Shown: positions 48,951 to 58,900, numbered from the stretch's first letter. The stretch is DNA of 64,000 nucleotides from an uncultured Chthonomonadaceae bacterium (GCA_963835065.1 CAWIEK010000033.1:25184-89183), one strand, 5' to 3'. Notes: a model not told the origin generated them from the sequence alone. A program made the numbers and translations.

Positions 48951-49817
48951 ATGCGGTGGGCGCAGATGACGGTGCAGTGCGCGCCGGAAGCGACGGAAGC
49001 AGTCAGTTACGCTTTTTTGCAGGCGGGCTGTGGCGGCGTAATGATGCGCGGCAGCGATCCCGTAGCGGTGCAGGGCAGTCTTCCCGTTTCGGATGAACTG
49101 TCGGCGAAGCTGGCGGAATTGAAGGCGCATCTGGAGCGGCTGCCGGAATTCGGCCTGCCGCCCCTGCTTGATGGCCTGACCATTCAGTACGCTGAAGACG
49201 AGGATTGGGCCAACGCCTGGAAGCAGTATTTCAAGCCGTCCAAAGTGGGCGAGCGGCTGGTAATCGTGCCCTCGTGGGAAGCATACGCGCCCCAATCGAA
49301 CGATCTTGTGTTGAAACTCGACCCCGGCATGGCGTTCGGCACGGGCGGACACCCGACCACGCGCCTCTGCATGCAGGTTTTGGAAACAACGGTCACGCCC
49401 GGTATGAAAGTGGCGGACGTTGGCACGGGCAGCGGGATACTCGCCATTGCCGCCGCGCGATTGGGCGCGGGGGAAGTGTGGGCAACCGACATTGACCCGC
49501 TCGCCTGCCGCATCGCAAATGAAAATGTCGCAGTGAATGAATTGTCTGAAACCGTTCACGTTCTCGACCTGCCGCAGTGGGACAAGCAGGCGAACGATTG
49601 CGATCTTATCGTCGCCAACATCCTCGCCGGAACCATCATCGAACTCGCGCCCTCCCTCGCGTCCCGCCTGAAACCCAACGGTATTTTCATCGCATCCGGC
49701 ATTGTAGAAGAATATCGTGAGGCCGTCTTAGAAGCGCTGTCAACCGTCGGACTGCGCCACGTTGAAACACACAGCGAAGATATTTGGGTATGCCTTGTCT
49801 TTGAATATATAGTGTGA
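48951..49817 (+). CDS. prmA: Ribosomal protein L11 methyltransferase
   Basis: DWANAWKQYF, LDPGMAFGTGGHPTT, DVGTGSGIL, VANIL. Confidence 0.95.
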   Translation: MRWAQMTVQCAPEATEAVSYAFLQAGCGGVMMRGSDPVAVQGSLPVSDELSAKLAELKAHLERLPEFGLPPLLDGLTIQYAEDEDWANAWKQYFKPSKVGERLVIVPSWEAYAPQSNDLVLKLDPGMAFGTGGHPTTRLCMQVLETTVTPGMKVADVGTGSGILAIAAARLGAGEVWATDIDPLACRIANENVAVNELSETVHVLDLPQWDKQANDCDLIVANILAGTIIELAPSLASRLKPNGIFIASGIVEEYREAVLEALSTVGLRHVETHSEDIWVCLVFEYIV

Positions 49818-49818
49818 G

Positions 49819-49921
49819 TTTGTCTTGAACCAGGATTTTCAGGATTAACGGATTAACAGGATTGAGAAGGCGCGTCCAGCATGGTAATCCAATAATCCTG
49901 AAAATCTTGGTTCAAGACAAA
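49819..49921. repeat. Inverted cassette with CAGGATTAA-type 9-mer arms
   Basis: ttgtcttgaaccaggattttcaggatt... / aatcctgaaaatcttggttcaagacaa. Confidence 0.85.
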
Positions 49922-49936
49922 TAGTATGACAACATT

Positions 49937-50728
49937 ATGCAGCGCATCTTTCTATCTCCCGAACAATTTCAAGACGAAACCGCGCTTATTACAGGTATGG
50001 AGCATCAGCATCTTGCCAGAGTGCTGCGGGCGCGGGTTGGGGAGAAAGTGGTTTTACTGGATGGCATGGGAAACGCTTTTCACGCCGTTCTCGTAAGCAT
50101 CGAAAAGAACCAGACGACGGCGCGACTGGAAGAAGCCGTTTCATTGCCGCCTGAACCGTCCGTGCATTTGACGATTGCGCAGGCGTTGGGCAAGGGCGAC
50201 AAGTTCGAGCAGGTGATACAGCACGGCACGGAAGCGGGCGCAAGCGCGTTTGTGCCTGTGCGGGCGGAACGTTGCGTAGTGGATATTCCCGCCGCGAAAA
50301 CAGCGGAAAAAGTGACGCGCTGGCAGCAGATCGCCAAAAGCGCGGCGGAACAATCGGGACGCGCCAAAATTCCTGCCGTAGCCGCGCCGGTCACGTCCAA
50401 ACAACTGCTGTCGCAGGGCATAATTCAGCCGGGAATAGTGGAGAATATGGAAGTGGGAGCGGTTTTGCTGCTGCATCCTGTGGAAAGCGCTCTGCCCCTT
50501 TCGGAAGCGTTGAAGCGTTTTGAAGCCACGCCGCGCCTGATTCTGGCGATTGGGCCGGAAGGCGGCTGGAGTCCTACAGAGGTAACACAGGCACAGGCGG
50601 CGAATATACCGCTCGTGTCGCTTGGCCCGCGCATCCTGCGCACCGAAACCGCCGCGCTCGTCGCCATAAGCCAGATTTTGTACCATTTTGAAAACATGCG
50701 GCAGGAAACCACCGCCGCCCCAATATAG
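49937..50728 (+). CDS. rsmE: 16S rRNA m3U1498 methyltransferase
   Basis: HLARVLR, KGDKFE, AAEQSGR, IGPEGG, LGPRILRTETA. Confidence 0.95.
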   Translation: MQRIFLSPEQFQDETALITGMEHQHLARVLRARVGEKVVLLDGMGNAFHAVLVSIEKNQTTARLEEAVSLPPEPSVHLTIAQALGKGDKFEQVIQHGTEAGASAFVPVRAERCVVDIPAAKTAEKVTRWQQIAKSAAEQSGRAKIPAVAAPVTSKQLLSQGIIQPGIVENMEVGAVLLLHPVESALPLSEALKRFEATPRLILAIGPEGGWSPTEVTQAQAANIPLVSLGPRILRTETAALVAISQILYHFENMRQETTAAPI

Positions 50729-50842
50729 CCGCAGTGTGTATTCTTGTGACTGCGTAAGGCTGCGGCAGCCAATCGTGTCAAGGTATCCGAACACCGAATA
50801 CCCAACACCCAACACCGAATTCTGACGGGAGTCAATATCATC

Positions 50843-52355
50843 ATGCGTATCTTAGGACCGGACGGACAGCCACTCGGCGGCTCCGGCAGCATACTGGGGC
50901 CGAACGGCCAGCCACTCGGCGGGAACGAACCCGCCGGCATACTCGGCCCAGGCGGGCAGACTATCGGCGGGCTTGCGCCGGACACATCGGATGTTTCCGA
51001 AGAAGTTAAAGAAGTCCTTGCCCGCGTCAACGAACTGGCGTCGCAGGGCGATTTGCAGTCGGCTTTGCAGCAAATGGTCGTCGCGTTCCAAACCGATGTC
51101 TCTTCCGATGTGGTACTGAACACTGTGATTGCCCTGCTCCGGCAGATTGCGCAGGCGCAGGGCGCGCAGCAAAGTGACGAGTTGGAACTGTTCGAGCAGT
51201 TGCGCGACAACCGCGAGGAACCCGCCGCGTATTTCGCTGTCGGCTACCGCTTCTTCCAGTTGCAGCAGATGTTTTTGGCGCGTCCGTTTCTGGCAAAAGC
51301 CCGCGAACTGCTTGGCGACCAGGTGAGCGAACTCAGTCAGGGCGTGGATATGCACCTGGCGCAGGCCAGCATGGATCAGGGCGATTACGAGGAAGCGATT
51401 GCGATCTTCCACGCCATGAACGACAAGTACGGCGGCCTTCCCATCTGGCTGCTGCTGTCTATGGGCGAATGTTACGCGCTGATGGGCCAGATTGACGAGG
51501 CCGAAGCCGTTTACCAGATCGCGCCGCCCGAAGCCGCCGCGCAGTTTGAAGGACTGGAAGACGTGCGCGAGGAAGTGGGCGACATGCTTGCCCGCGTCCG
51601 CGATTACGATGAGCAGGAAATGGGACTGCGCGCCTGGCATTACGTGCAGACGCGGGGCATTCTGGTGGAAACCAACCCGGATGAAAACGTGCCGGGCGAG
51701 CGTTTCGTGTTCTTCCAGCCGAGCGAGGAAGACGTGGCGTATGTGTGCGGCGTCACGGCTGCCCTGCTCGAATTCGCGGGGTTACGCGCCCACCAAATTG
51801 CTGTGGATCGGCGAATCTTCCGAACCCCTGGCGCGTATCTTTTCGCAATGGTGGGAAATTGACGAAGCCAACATCCGCCCCTATCAGCCGACGGATAATA
51901 CGGACGATGAGGAAGAATTGGCGCTGCTCGTTATGGCGCACAGCTACGATGTGCTGAACCTGCCGGACGAACAGGCGTTTTTCGATCTTGCCGAAGCCCG
52001 TTCCGGCCTGCTTACCTTCGCGCTGGACTTGCGCTGGACCGAACGGCAGCCGCTCACGCCCGACATCGCCGGCTTTATGACGCAGGTTTGCCATCTGCCC
52101 TGGGAAACCCGCTTCCAGGTAGGCGACGACCAGCAGACGGTCACGCAGATTGACGAAACCCGCGATGCCCTGACCATTGCGCAGGACGTTGCCAAACAGT
52201 TCCCAAGCGAAGAGGACTGCGACCAGTTCGCCAAAGAACTGCTGGAAGAGTATGCCGGCTGCACCGACCTGATTATAGACCACCGCGACGGCACACTCAA
52301 CCGCCGCTCACTCGCCACGCACTCGCCGGTGAAAAGCCCGCGATTTGGATTTTGA
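50843..52355 (+). CDS. TPR-containing hypothetical protein (frameshift near 51772)
   Basis: ORF 50843-51862 continues into ORF 51492-52355; N-terminal ILGP.GQ repeats. Confidence 0.7.
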
Positions 52356-52360
52356 AGGAG

Positions 52361-52490
52361 GTAGACAGTAGTCAGTAGCCAGTAGTCAGTAGAACAGCCT
52401 GTTTCTGCAAGACTGTACTGACTTTGAAAGCTATATGTAGGAGCGCATTGCCTACTGACTACTGTCTACTGTCTACTGACTACCGTCTAC
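52361..52490. repeat. AGTAG(T/A)C / G(A/T)CTACT heptamer inverted arms
   Basis: gtagacagtagtcagtagccagtagtcagtag ... ctactgactactgtctactgtctactgactac. Confidence 0.85.
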
Positions 52491-52495
52491 CCACC

Positions 52496-53533
52496 ATGAA
52501 ATCTCTCGTCTACAGCGCCTTGAAAACCGTTACTCTTGAAGACCGGCCCGAACCTGCGCCGCGCCCGGATGAGGTTGTATTGTCCGTGCGGGCAACCGGC
52601 ATTTGCGGGTCGGATTTGGCCGGGTTTTTGGGACACTCGCCGCGCCGTCAGCCTGGTTTGGTACTGGGGCATGAAGCGGTGGGAACCATTGCGCAGATGC
52701 CGAATGCGCCGCCGTCTGAGGGCAAAGCCTGGCCGTTTGCGGTTGGACAGCGCGTGGTTGTCAATCCCCTGATGCCGTGCGGCGAGTGCGCGGCCTGTGA
52801 CGCGGGGCAAACCAACATCTGCGCGGCCTGGCGGATATTGGGCATGGACAACGTGGCGGGCGCGTTTGCCGAGCGCGTGGCCGTTCCCGCCGCCAATGTC
52901 TTTCCCATTCCCGATACGCTTTCGGATGAACGGGCGGTGATGATCGAACCGCTGGCAAACGGCGTTCACCTGTTCAATCTTATCAGTCGGCATCAGTTCG
53001 GCACACTGGCAATTTTTGGCGCGGGAACACAGGGCAGCCTGCTTATTTCGCTTGCCCGCATGTTGGGCTACCGCGATATTGCCGTTGTAGATGTAAACGC
53101 GGAACGTCTCGCGGTGGCGCAGGGATTGGGCGCAAAATATCTCATCAATGCACGGGATGGTGACCCGGTTGCCGCCATTAAAGAGTCGTTTGGTGGGGCA
53201 GGAGCCGACATCGTGATTGACGCGCACGGCAGCGAAACCGCGCGGCAATCGTGCGTCAATGCCTGCCGCAAAGGTGGCGAAATCCTCCTGCTCGGCCTGC
53301 ACGAAACCTTCAGCCGCGTGGAATTTAACCTCATCGTGCGCAACGAACTGCGGGTACAGGGATCGTTTGCCTACACGCCCCGCGACTTCGCCCAATCCAA
53401 AAAACTCATCGAAAACGGCGACATAGACCTTGCCGCGTGGACGGAAGTTCTTTCCTTTGAACAGGGACAGGCCGCGTTCGACAAACTCACTTCCGATCCC
53501 GGCTCTACCCTCAAAATCGCTTTAACGCCGTAG
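52496..53533 (+). CDS. Zinc-dependent alcohol/sugar dehydrogenase (MDR family)
   Basis: GICGSD, GHEAVG, CGECAACDAGQTNIC, GAGTQG. Confidence 0.93.
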   Translation: MKSLVYSALKTVTLEDRPEPAPRPDEVVLSVRATGICGSDLAGFLGHSPRRQPGLVLGHEAVGTIAQMPNAPPSEGKAWPFAVGQRVVVNPLMPCGECAACDAGQTNICAAWRILGMDNVAGAFAERVAVPAANVFPIPDTLSDERAVMIEPLANGVHLFNLISRHQFGTLAIFGAGTQGSLLISLARMLGYRDIAVVDVNAERLAVAQGLGAKYLINARDGDPVAAIKESFGGAGADIVIDAHGSETARQSCVNACRKGGEILLLGLHETFSRVEFNLIVRNELRVQGSFAYTPRDFAQSKKLIENGDIDLAAWTEVLSFEQGQAAFDKLTSDPGSTLKIALTP

Positions 53534-53569
53534 AGGGCATAGCAACAAAAGCGGAAAGGAGATCAAGCA

Positions 53570-53821
53570 ATGGCGACAACATTGGAAGAGCGCGTAAGCG
53601 CGTTGGAAGCGCAGGTAGCGCAACTGCTGGCAGAAAAAAATGCGGAGAAGAATGAGGTTCCCTGGTGGCAGCGACATTATGGCGCGTTTAAGGATGATCC
53701 GATATACGACGAAGCAATGCGCTTAGGGGCAGAGTACCGGCGTTCTCAACCGACAGCGGCGGAAGAGATCGAAGCGTTGGAAAGAGCAGGCGTATATGTA
53801 CCCCTACCTGATGGACAGTGA
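53570..53821 (+). CDS. Putative antitoxin
   Basis: LEERVSALE..PWW..GAFKDDPIYDEAMRLG; overlaps the PIN gene. Confidence 0.75.
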   Translation: MATTLEERVSALEAQVAQLLAEKNAEKNEVPWWQRHYGAFKDDPIYDEAMRLGAEYRRSQPTAAEEIEALERAGVYVPLPDGQ

Positions 53822-54227
53822 CCATGTTTCGCTTATCCACCGGGCGGGGCCGGAGGGAGCGCGAATCATAGCGCGTATCAACGCGCTCCCACCAAACAGC
53901 GTTGCCGTTGGCCTTGTCAGTTACGAGGAGCAGATACGCGGATGGATGGCGGAAATCGCCCGGATGCAAAGCGTTGACCGGCAGATGACGGCATATTCCC
54001 GACTGGACAGGATGCGCGATTATTACTGCGCCACGCCCGTATTGCCCTTCGATGATAAAGCGCTGGCGCAGTTTCAAAGTTTGTGGCTGCTGCGGCTCCG
54101 CGTTGGCACAATGGACTTGAAAATCGCCGCCACTGCGCTTGCCAATAATGCTACGCTGATTACGCGCAACGCATCCGATTTCGGCAAGATTCCCGGCCTC
54201 AACATTGAGGACTGGAGCGGCGAGTAG
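53796..54227 (+). CDS. PIN-domain (VapC) toxin
   Basis: YLMDSDH, SYEEQIRG, MDLKIAATAL, LITRNASDF..IPGL.IEDW. Confidence 0.9.
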   Translation: MYPYLMDSDHVSLIHRAGPEGARIIARINALPPNSVAVGLVSYEEQIRGWMAEIARMQSVDRQMTAYSRLDRMRDYYCATPVLPFDDKALAQFQSLWLLRLRVGTMDLKIAATALANNATLITRNASDFGKIPGLNIEDWSGE

Positions 54228-54352
54228 GCAACGTTTACCACTTCGCGCGACATTCTCCATCGAATTACCTAGACGCGGGTATGACTTACACAGGGAACAA
54301 TCCCGGCTTCTTTGCTTTCTTACGCTTGAATAACGGCGCGAAAGGAAAGTTT

Positions 54353-54838
54353 ATGGAAAGCCGCTCGAAATTTCTGGGGCATCCCATTCATACGATGCTG
54401 ATTGTGTTTCCTCTTGGGCTGCTGGCAACTTCGGTTATGTTCGCCGCTTTGTTTCTCGCTACGGGCAACACTGCCCTGTCGCAAACAGCGTATTATCTGG
54501 TTGCGGCGGGCATTTGGGGCGGGTTGGCTGCTTCGCCGTTCGGGTGGTGGGATTGGTTTTTCATTCCGGCTGGAACGCGGGCTAAATCGGTCGGCCTGCT
54601 GCATGGCGTCGGCAATGTGATTGTGCTGCTGCTGTTTATGCTGAGTTGGCTGCTGTGGCGTCCGCAGCCGACGCAGCCGGGTACGCTGGCTTTGGTTCTC
54701 GCCTTTGTCGCGTTTGCGCTTGCGGGCGTTACAGGTTGGCTTGGCGGCGAGTTGGTAGACCGGCTTGGCATCGGCGTGGATATCGGAGCCAATCCCAACG
54801 CGCCCAGTTCCCTTTCAAAACGTCCCGCGCAACCGTAA
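54353..54838 (+). CDS. DUF2231 membrane protein
   Basis: GHPIHTMLIVFPLG, HGVGN, TGWLGGELV.R.GIGV. Confidence 0.85.
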   Translation: MESRSKFLGHPIHTMLIVFPLGLLATSVMFAALFLATGNTALSQTAYYLVAAGIWGGLAASPFGWWDWFFIPAGTRAKSVGLLHGVGNVIVLLLFMLSWLLWRPQPTQPGTLALVLAFVAFALAGVTGWLGGELVDRLGIGVDIGANPNAPSSLSKRPAQP

Positions 54839-54966
54839 CAGCCGTTACCCCGCGATACGGCTATATTCCAATTGGAGCAGGTTCTTGAGGGGCGGCAAAG
54901 GAACAACTTCCCGGCTGTAAACGTCGGTTTCAACGTTCAGCCGGGAAGTCAGACAGTCACAACCTC

Positions 54967-55440
54967 TTATCGCGCGCCCGCAAACGCCATTTCCGGTTTT
55001 TTCGTTTCACAGGTTTGCATCAGCGCCGGGAGGGCCTTGATTACCTGGACAATGGCCTCCTTGGAGGTTTCGTTGTGGGCAAAGGCTTTCTCCGTGAATT
55101 GACGCAACTGCGCGAAATCGCAGCGGTTGATGGAATAATGCTGTTCAATGTTGAAAAATCCCATATTCCACTGCGCGAACATTCTGGATTGGCTGGGCGC
55201 TTTATAAATAACCCGCACCTCATTATGGCGTTCATCGGCTGCGATTTTTTCCAACAGGAAAGACAATGCTTCCGAGTGCCCTTCCAGCACTTGAACAAAG
55301 TAATTTCCTACCTGCAGCAGTAAGCCTGTAACGTTGAGGTTCCGATTCTTATGTGCAGCCGCCGCTGAAATCTGCGCCGTCTCTTCGGAACTAAGAGGCC
55401 GGGTTGCGTGGCTGATGTAAATAATGACTTCCTGATCCAT
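54967..55440 (-). CDS. BLUF-domain blue-light sensor
   Basis: IYIS, N..LNVTGLL, FVQVLEG, I.ADERH, RMFAQWNM. Confidence 0.9.
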   Translation of the reverse strand: MDQEVIIYISHATRPLSSEETAQISAAAAHKNRNLNVTGLLLQVGNYFVQVLEGHSEALSFLLEKIAADERHNEVRVIYKAPSQSRMFAQWNMGFFNIEQHYSINRCDFAQLRQFTEKAFAHNETSKEAIVQVIKALPALMQTCETKKPEMAFAGAR

Positions 55441-55546
55441 TGGGTTTCCTCCATAGCGTGTAACTTGAACACAAATTCATCCCGAAGAGTTATTCCACAA
55501 ATTGCGGTAATTCAGCAGTCGCAACGCGCATGCTTTGGAATAAAAT

Positions 55547-55588
55547 GAACCGGCGCACATGGACAGTATTATCTATGCGCGCCGGTTC
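55547..55588 (-). terminator. Hairpin after the PEP-CTERM gene
   Basis: gaaccggcgc..gcgccggttc. Confidence 0.5.
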
Positions 55589-55617
55589 GGTTGGCAGTAC
55601 CGGTAGCCGGTACCGCC

Positions 55618-56805
55618 TTATTTGCTGACGCGCTTGCGGCGGCTCAGGAAGCCTACGCCGGTGACAATCATGCCCGCCAGCATCGCCACATTACCCGGCT
55701 CCGGCACAACGCCGACGTCGTTTACTTTGGCGAAGTTGATGTCGAATTGCAGGTACTTGGGCGCGGACAGGCCGCTTGGTCCCACCGGGCCGCTCTTTTC
55801 CGTGTAACCCTGAATGAACTGCGAAACAGAGTTACTGGTCGGGTCGAACGCATAGATGCCGTCCGAATAGCCCGCCGTGACGTTGAAAGCGCCGCTCCCG
55901 CCACCGCCGAGCGCGGCAACGTAGAGTTTACCGTCGGGGCCGATGTTGTTGCCGAAGGTAAACTCAAGGGCGTTGTTGGCGGAACTGCCGACGTAGCCCT
56001 TGGTTGGGTCGAGGGTCGCAGTCAGAGTGCCGCTGTTATTTGCCAGCGTGTAGTGCTGGATGCTGTCGGGGCCACCCTGCGCGTTGTCATCCACGTACAG
56101 CGAGCCATCCGCGGCAATGGAAAGGCCGGTGGGTCGGAAGCCGCTGCTATGCGCGATCAGGTCCTGCTTGTAGTTGAGGTTGCCATCCAGTCGGATTACT
56201 TTCGCGTCACCATTCTGGTAGTTGGCGGCGTAAATGTCACCGTTTGCGGCGAGCGCCAGATCATGCGCCTGCGAGAACTGATAGTTGGCGATGATGTTGC
56301 CGGTCTTCAGGTCCACTTTCACGACATAGCCCGCATTTTCCAGCGGCGCGTACAGGTACTTGGCATCGGGAGAGACCAGAACGTTGCCGATGCCGACGTT
56401 GCCGCCGTTGTAACTGCTGAAGTCAATCGGGATCGTGCCGATGAGGTTGCCGTTCAGGTCGTACCGGGTGATGTTGGTCACGCCGGTGCCGTGATTGCCG
56501 CCGACAATAATCAGATCGTTGGCCGTGCCGTTGACGCCCTCCTTGATGGGAGCGGAACTTCCGCCGAGAAAGAAGGCATTGGAAGTGTTGTTGCCGATGC
56601 CATAGGGCGTGATGGCCGTGATCTTGTTGATAGTCTGGTCGTAGGTGTACTGGTAGCGGTCAAGCAAAGACTTGCCATAGTCGCTGACGTACAGAAGACC
56701 GGTGTTAGTCGTGTCTGCATGCGCAATGGCTGCGAGGGAAACCATGCCGACGCCGAGGCCCAGAGCGAGCAGGCCGTGAAGTTTGGGGGTTCTGTTGTAA
56801 GTCAA
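55618..56805 (-). CDS. PEP-CTERM surface protein, beta-propeller (NHL/SMP-30-like)
   Basis: Signal peptide ending AHA, repeats such as GPDGKLYVA, C-terminal VPEPG + TM + RRKR. Confidence 0.9.
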   Translation of the reverse strand: MTYNRTPKLHGLLALGLGVGMVSLAAIAHADTTNTGLLYVSDYGKSLLDRYQYTYDQTINKITAITPYGIGNNTSNAFFLGGSSAPIKEGVNGTANDLIIVGGNHGTGVTNITRYDLNGNLIGTIPIDFSSYNGGNVGIGNVLVSPDAKYLYAPLENAGYVVKVDLKTGNIIANYQFSQAHDLALAANGDIYAANYQNGDAKVIRLDGNLNYKQDLIAHSSGFRPTGLSIAADGSLYVDDNAQGGPDSIQHYTLANNSGTLTATLDPTKGYVGSSANNALEFTFGNNIGPDGKLYVAALGGGGSGAFNVTAGYSDGIYAFDPTSNSVSQFIQGYTEKSGPVGPSGLSAPKYLQFDINFAKVNDVGVVPEPGNVAMLAGMIVTGVGFLSRRKRVSK

Positions 56806-56960
56806 ATTGCCATCCTGAAAATAAAGAATGAGGCCATCGCGGCAAACGCGACGGCGCTCGAAATGCGGTACAGCGCCGCGCCGGAATGGAGTAACGCGGG
56901 TTCCTGAACACAACGCTGTGCAGGGAACCCGGCCATGCCGATGTGTCGCCGCTTTCTTTA

Positions 56961-56979
56961 TTGGCAGGATTTATGCCAA
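56961..56979 (-). promoter_or_regulatory. Sigma54-like -24/-12 element
   Basis: TTGGCATAAATCCTGC (GG-N10-GC) on the minus strand; the palindrome gives the same spacing on plus. Confidence 0.5.
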
Positions 56980-57096
56980 CTTGACGTATGTATATGCAAA
57001 AACGGTATATCTATCCGGTGTAAATGGTAGTTTTACCGCCCCTGTTTTCTTGAGTCTGCCGTCGTATCTGCGCCTTTGTGTCGGGTAAACTAAAAA

Positions 57097-57190
57097 CCTA
57101 TCCCAATAGGCCGGGCATTGAAAATACCCGGCAGGAAAAATCAAGCGTCCCTCAGACGCAAATACCGCGCCTATTGGGATAGGCTCTAAG
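57097..57190. mobile_element. MITE/REP-like palindromic element, copy 2
   Basis: cctatcccaataggc..gcctattgggataggctctaag; matches 13919-14009. Confidence 0.7.
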
Positions 57191-57259
57191 GGTTGAAGGA
57201 ATCAGTCAGGTACAGCTACAAAGGAACCCTTCCTGACAAATCACACAAGGCGAGGAAGC

Positions 57260-57751
57260 ATGAACAAAGCGGATTTTTGTCGTCTCCTGCATCATTCGGA
57301 TAACTGCTGGCGTCTCCTGGGGGAAATTCTGGCGACGGGCCTGCCTGCCGCTGAACAGTGGGAGACACCGTTCGAGACCACATCGCAATGGAATACGATT
57401 CGCCTGCTCCTGGCGCATAGCATCGGCGCGGAAGAGCGGTGGATTACTCTGCGTCTCCAAAAGCAGCCCCTCCCTGTGGTCTATGAGGAGCGGGCCGCGC
57501 CGGATTGGAATGGCCTCTACCAGGATCATCAGACCATCCGCGAGGCTACTTATGCCTATCTCGACTCTCTGACCGATGCCGAAGTGGAGGAGGAAAAAGA
57601 GGTCTGGATAAACGATTACCGCGCCCTGACACGGGCCGATGTCCTGTTCCATATTCTGAACCATGAGAACTATCATCGGGGACAGGTGGTAATGGCGCTC
57701 CAGCGGCTTGGCATGGATCCGCCCAATTTTGATTACGCCTTCCTCAAATAA
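57260..57751 (+). CDS. DinB family protein
   Basis: TIRLLLAH..AEERW; LFHILNHENYHRGQV. Confidence 0.88.
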   Translation: MNKADFCRLLHHSDNCWRLLGEILATGLPAAEQWETPFETTSQWNTIRLLLAHSIGAEERWITLRLQKQPLPVVYEERAAPDWNGLYQDHQTIREATYAYLDSLTDAEVEEEKEVWINDYRALTRADVLFHILNHENYHRGQVVMALQRLGMDPPNFDYAFLK

Positions 57752-57835
57752 GTCGGCGCGAAACCGCTTTGCCGACGCCAGGGAACTTGTGAGACACGAA
57801 CGGACAGCAACAACACAGCCTCTTGCCTGCGCGGT

Positions 57836-58132
57836 CTACGGGAGCGGTTCTCTCACTTCACTTTCACGAGTCGCTCCGCGCGTAAAACTTTCGACGGTAC
57901 GCCCCAGCCATCGCACCATAGCCAGCATTCCGTCCACTTCCATGCGTCCGCCTCGTTTCGCGCGGGTCAGGGTTGAGGCGCTGACGCCGACCTCCAAGGC
58001 CACCTGCTGCCAGGACATCCCCCGCGAACAGCGCTGCGCATCAAGCGCGAGATACAGAGCGTGAGCGTCGAAGCGTCCGGCGTTTTCAGTCTCTCTTTCG
58101 GTCGTTGAAACCGTCACGGTATTGTCATTCAT
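57836..58132 (-). CDS. Small XRE-type HTH protein
   Basis: RGMSWQQVALEVGVSASTLTR; RBS gggagg. Confidence 0.75.
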   Translation of the reverse strand: MNDNTVTVSTTERETENAGRFDAHALYLALDAQRCSRGMSWQQVALEVGVSASTLTRAKRGGRMEVDGMLAMVRWLGRTVESFTRGATRESEVREPLP

Positions 58133-58167
58133 ATCCCACCTCCCTTTTCCTTAGGGTTCTATACGGC

Positions 58168-58686
58168 TCACGCTTGCCCGGCATGAACAACCGTATTCTC
58201 ATTGTTGGCCCACCACCAGTCAGCATAGTCGGTGTCTGTCGTTTCTCCGCCCAATTGGTCCACAAGCAAGGCGACCTGCCCCCGATGGTAGGAAGCATGG
58301 CCGATCAATTGAACGATCTGCACTTCGACAGGCAGGCGAAAACGTTCCCCGTTCAATTCGGTGAACTCAAAATCCTGCGCCAGTTGGTCTGCATTGAGAC
58401 GCGCGAGATAGTCTGTCCACCGGCTTTCGAGGGCGGCGAAACGGGGCCGCAGCGTGGCAAGTTCACATTGCGCGTCCCACCAGGCGGCCTGATTGGGGCC
58501 TTTCCCCTCCATGTAATCCAGCCATTTCTCCCGGCAAGCCGCCAGATGATCCGCGAGGGTAACGGCCTGCTGAAAACGGGCATCCGTGCGATTGGCTTCG
58601 GGAACCAATTCGAGCATGGCAAGCATTTTCCGGTTACAGTCTTTTTCGTATGCGTACAACCCGCGATAATGTTCGAGCAACGACAT
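58168..58686 (-). CDS. DinB family protein
   Basis: RBS ggaggtg; Y...CNRKML, HL, QLIGHASYHRGQVA. Confidence 0.88.
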   Translation of the reverse strand: MSLLEHYRGLYAYEKDCNRKMLAMLELVPEANRTDARFQQAVTLADHLAACREKWLDYMEGKGPNQAAWWDAQCELATLRPRFAALESRWTDYLARLNADQLAQDFEFTELNGERFRLPVEVQIVQLIGHASYHRGQVALLVDQLGGETTDTDYADWWWANNENTVVHAGQA

Positions 58687-58711
58687 GAGAAACACCTCCC
58701 AAAAAGGTATG

Positions 58712-58900
58712 TAGAAAAAGGGATATGTAGAGGCATCGTCGAAATCTTGGCAATACAGCGCTTCCAGCCCGATGTCTCATTGTGTCAAATTGTAGAAGAG
58801 AGGCGTCGTGGCCTCAGCAGCATCAAGGCGAACGGGAGGGGTGAAACATAGGACTTGCACCTCCCTTCCTGTGGATATAACATCTGTAAAGTAGACGTAT
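58712..58900 (-). ncRNA. Conserved structured leader RNA with uORF, copy 2 (5' of the DinB gene)
   Basis: Reverse complement of the 41938-42095 core. Confidence 0.55.

Noticed and set aside
55591..56907. 438-aa plus-strand ORF
   Set aside because: Antisense shadow of the PEP-CTERM gene, which has clear signal and sorting motifs
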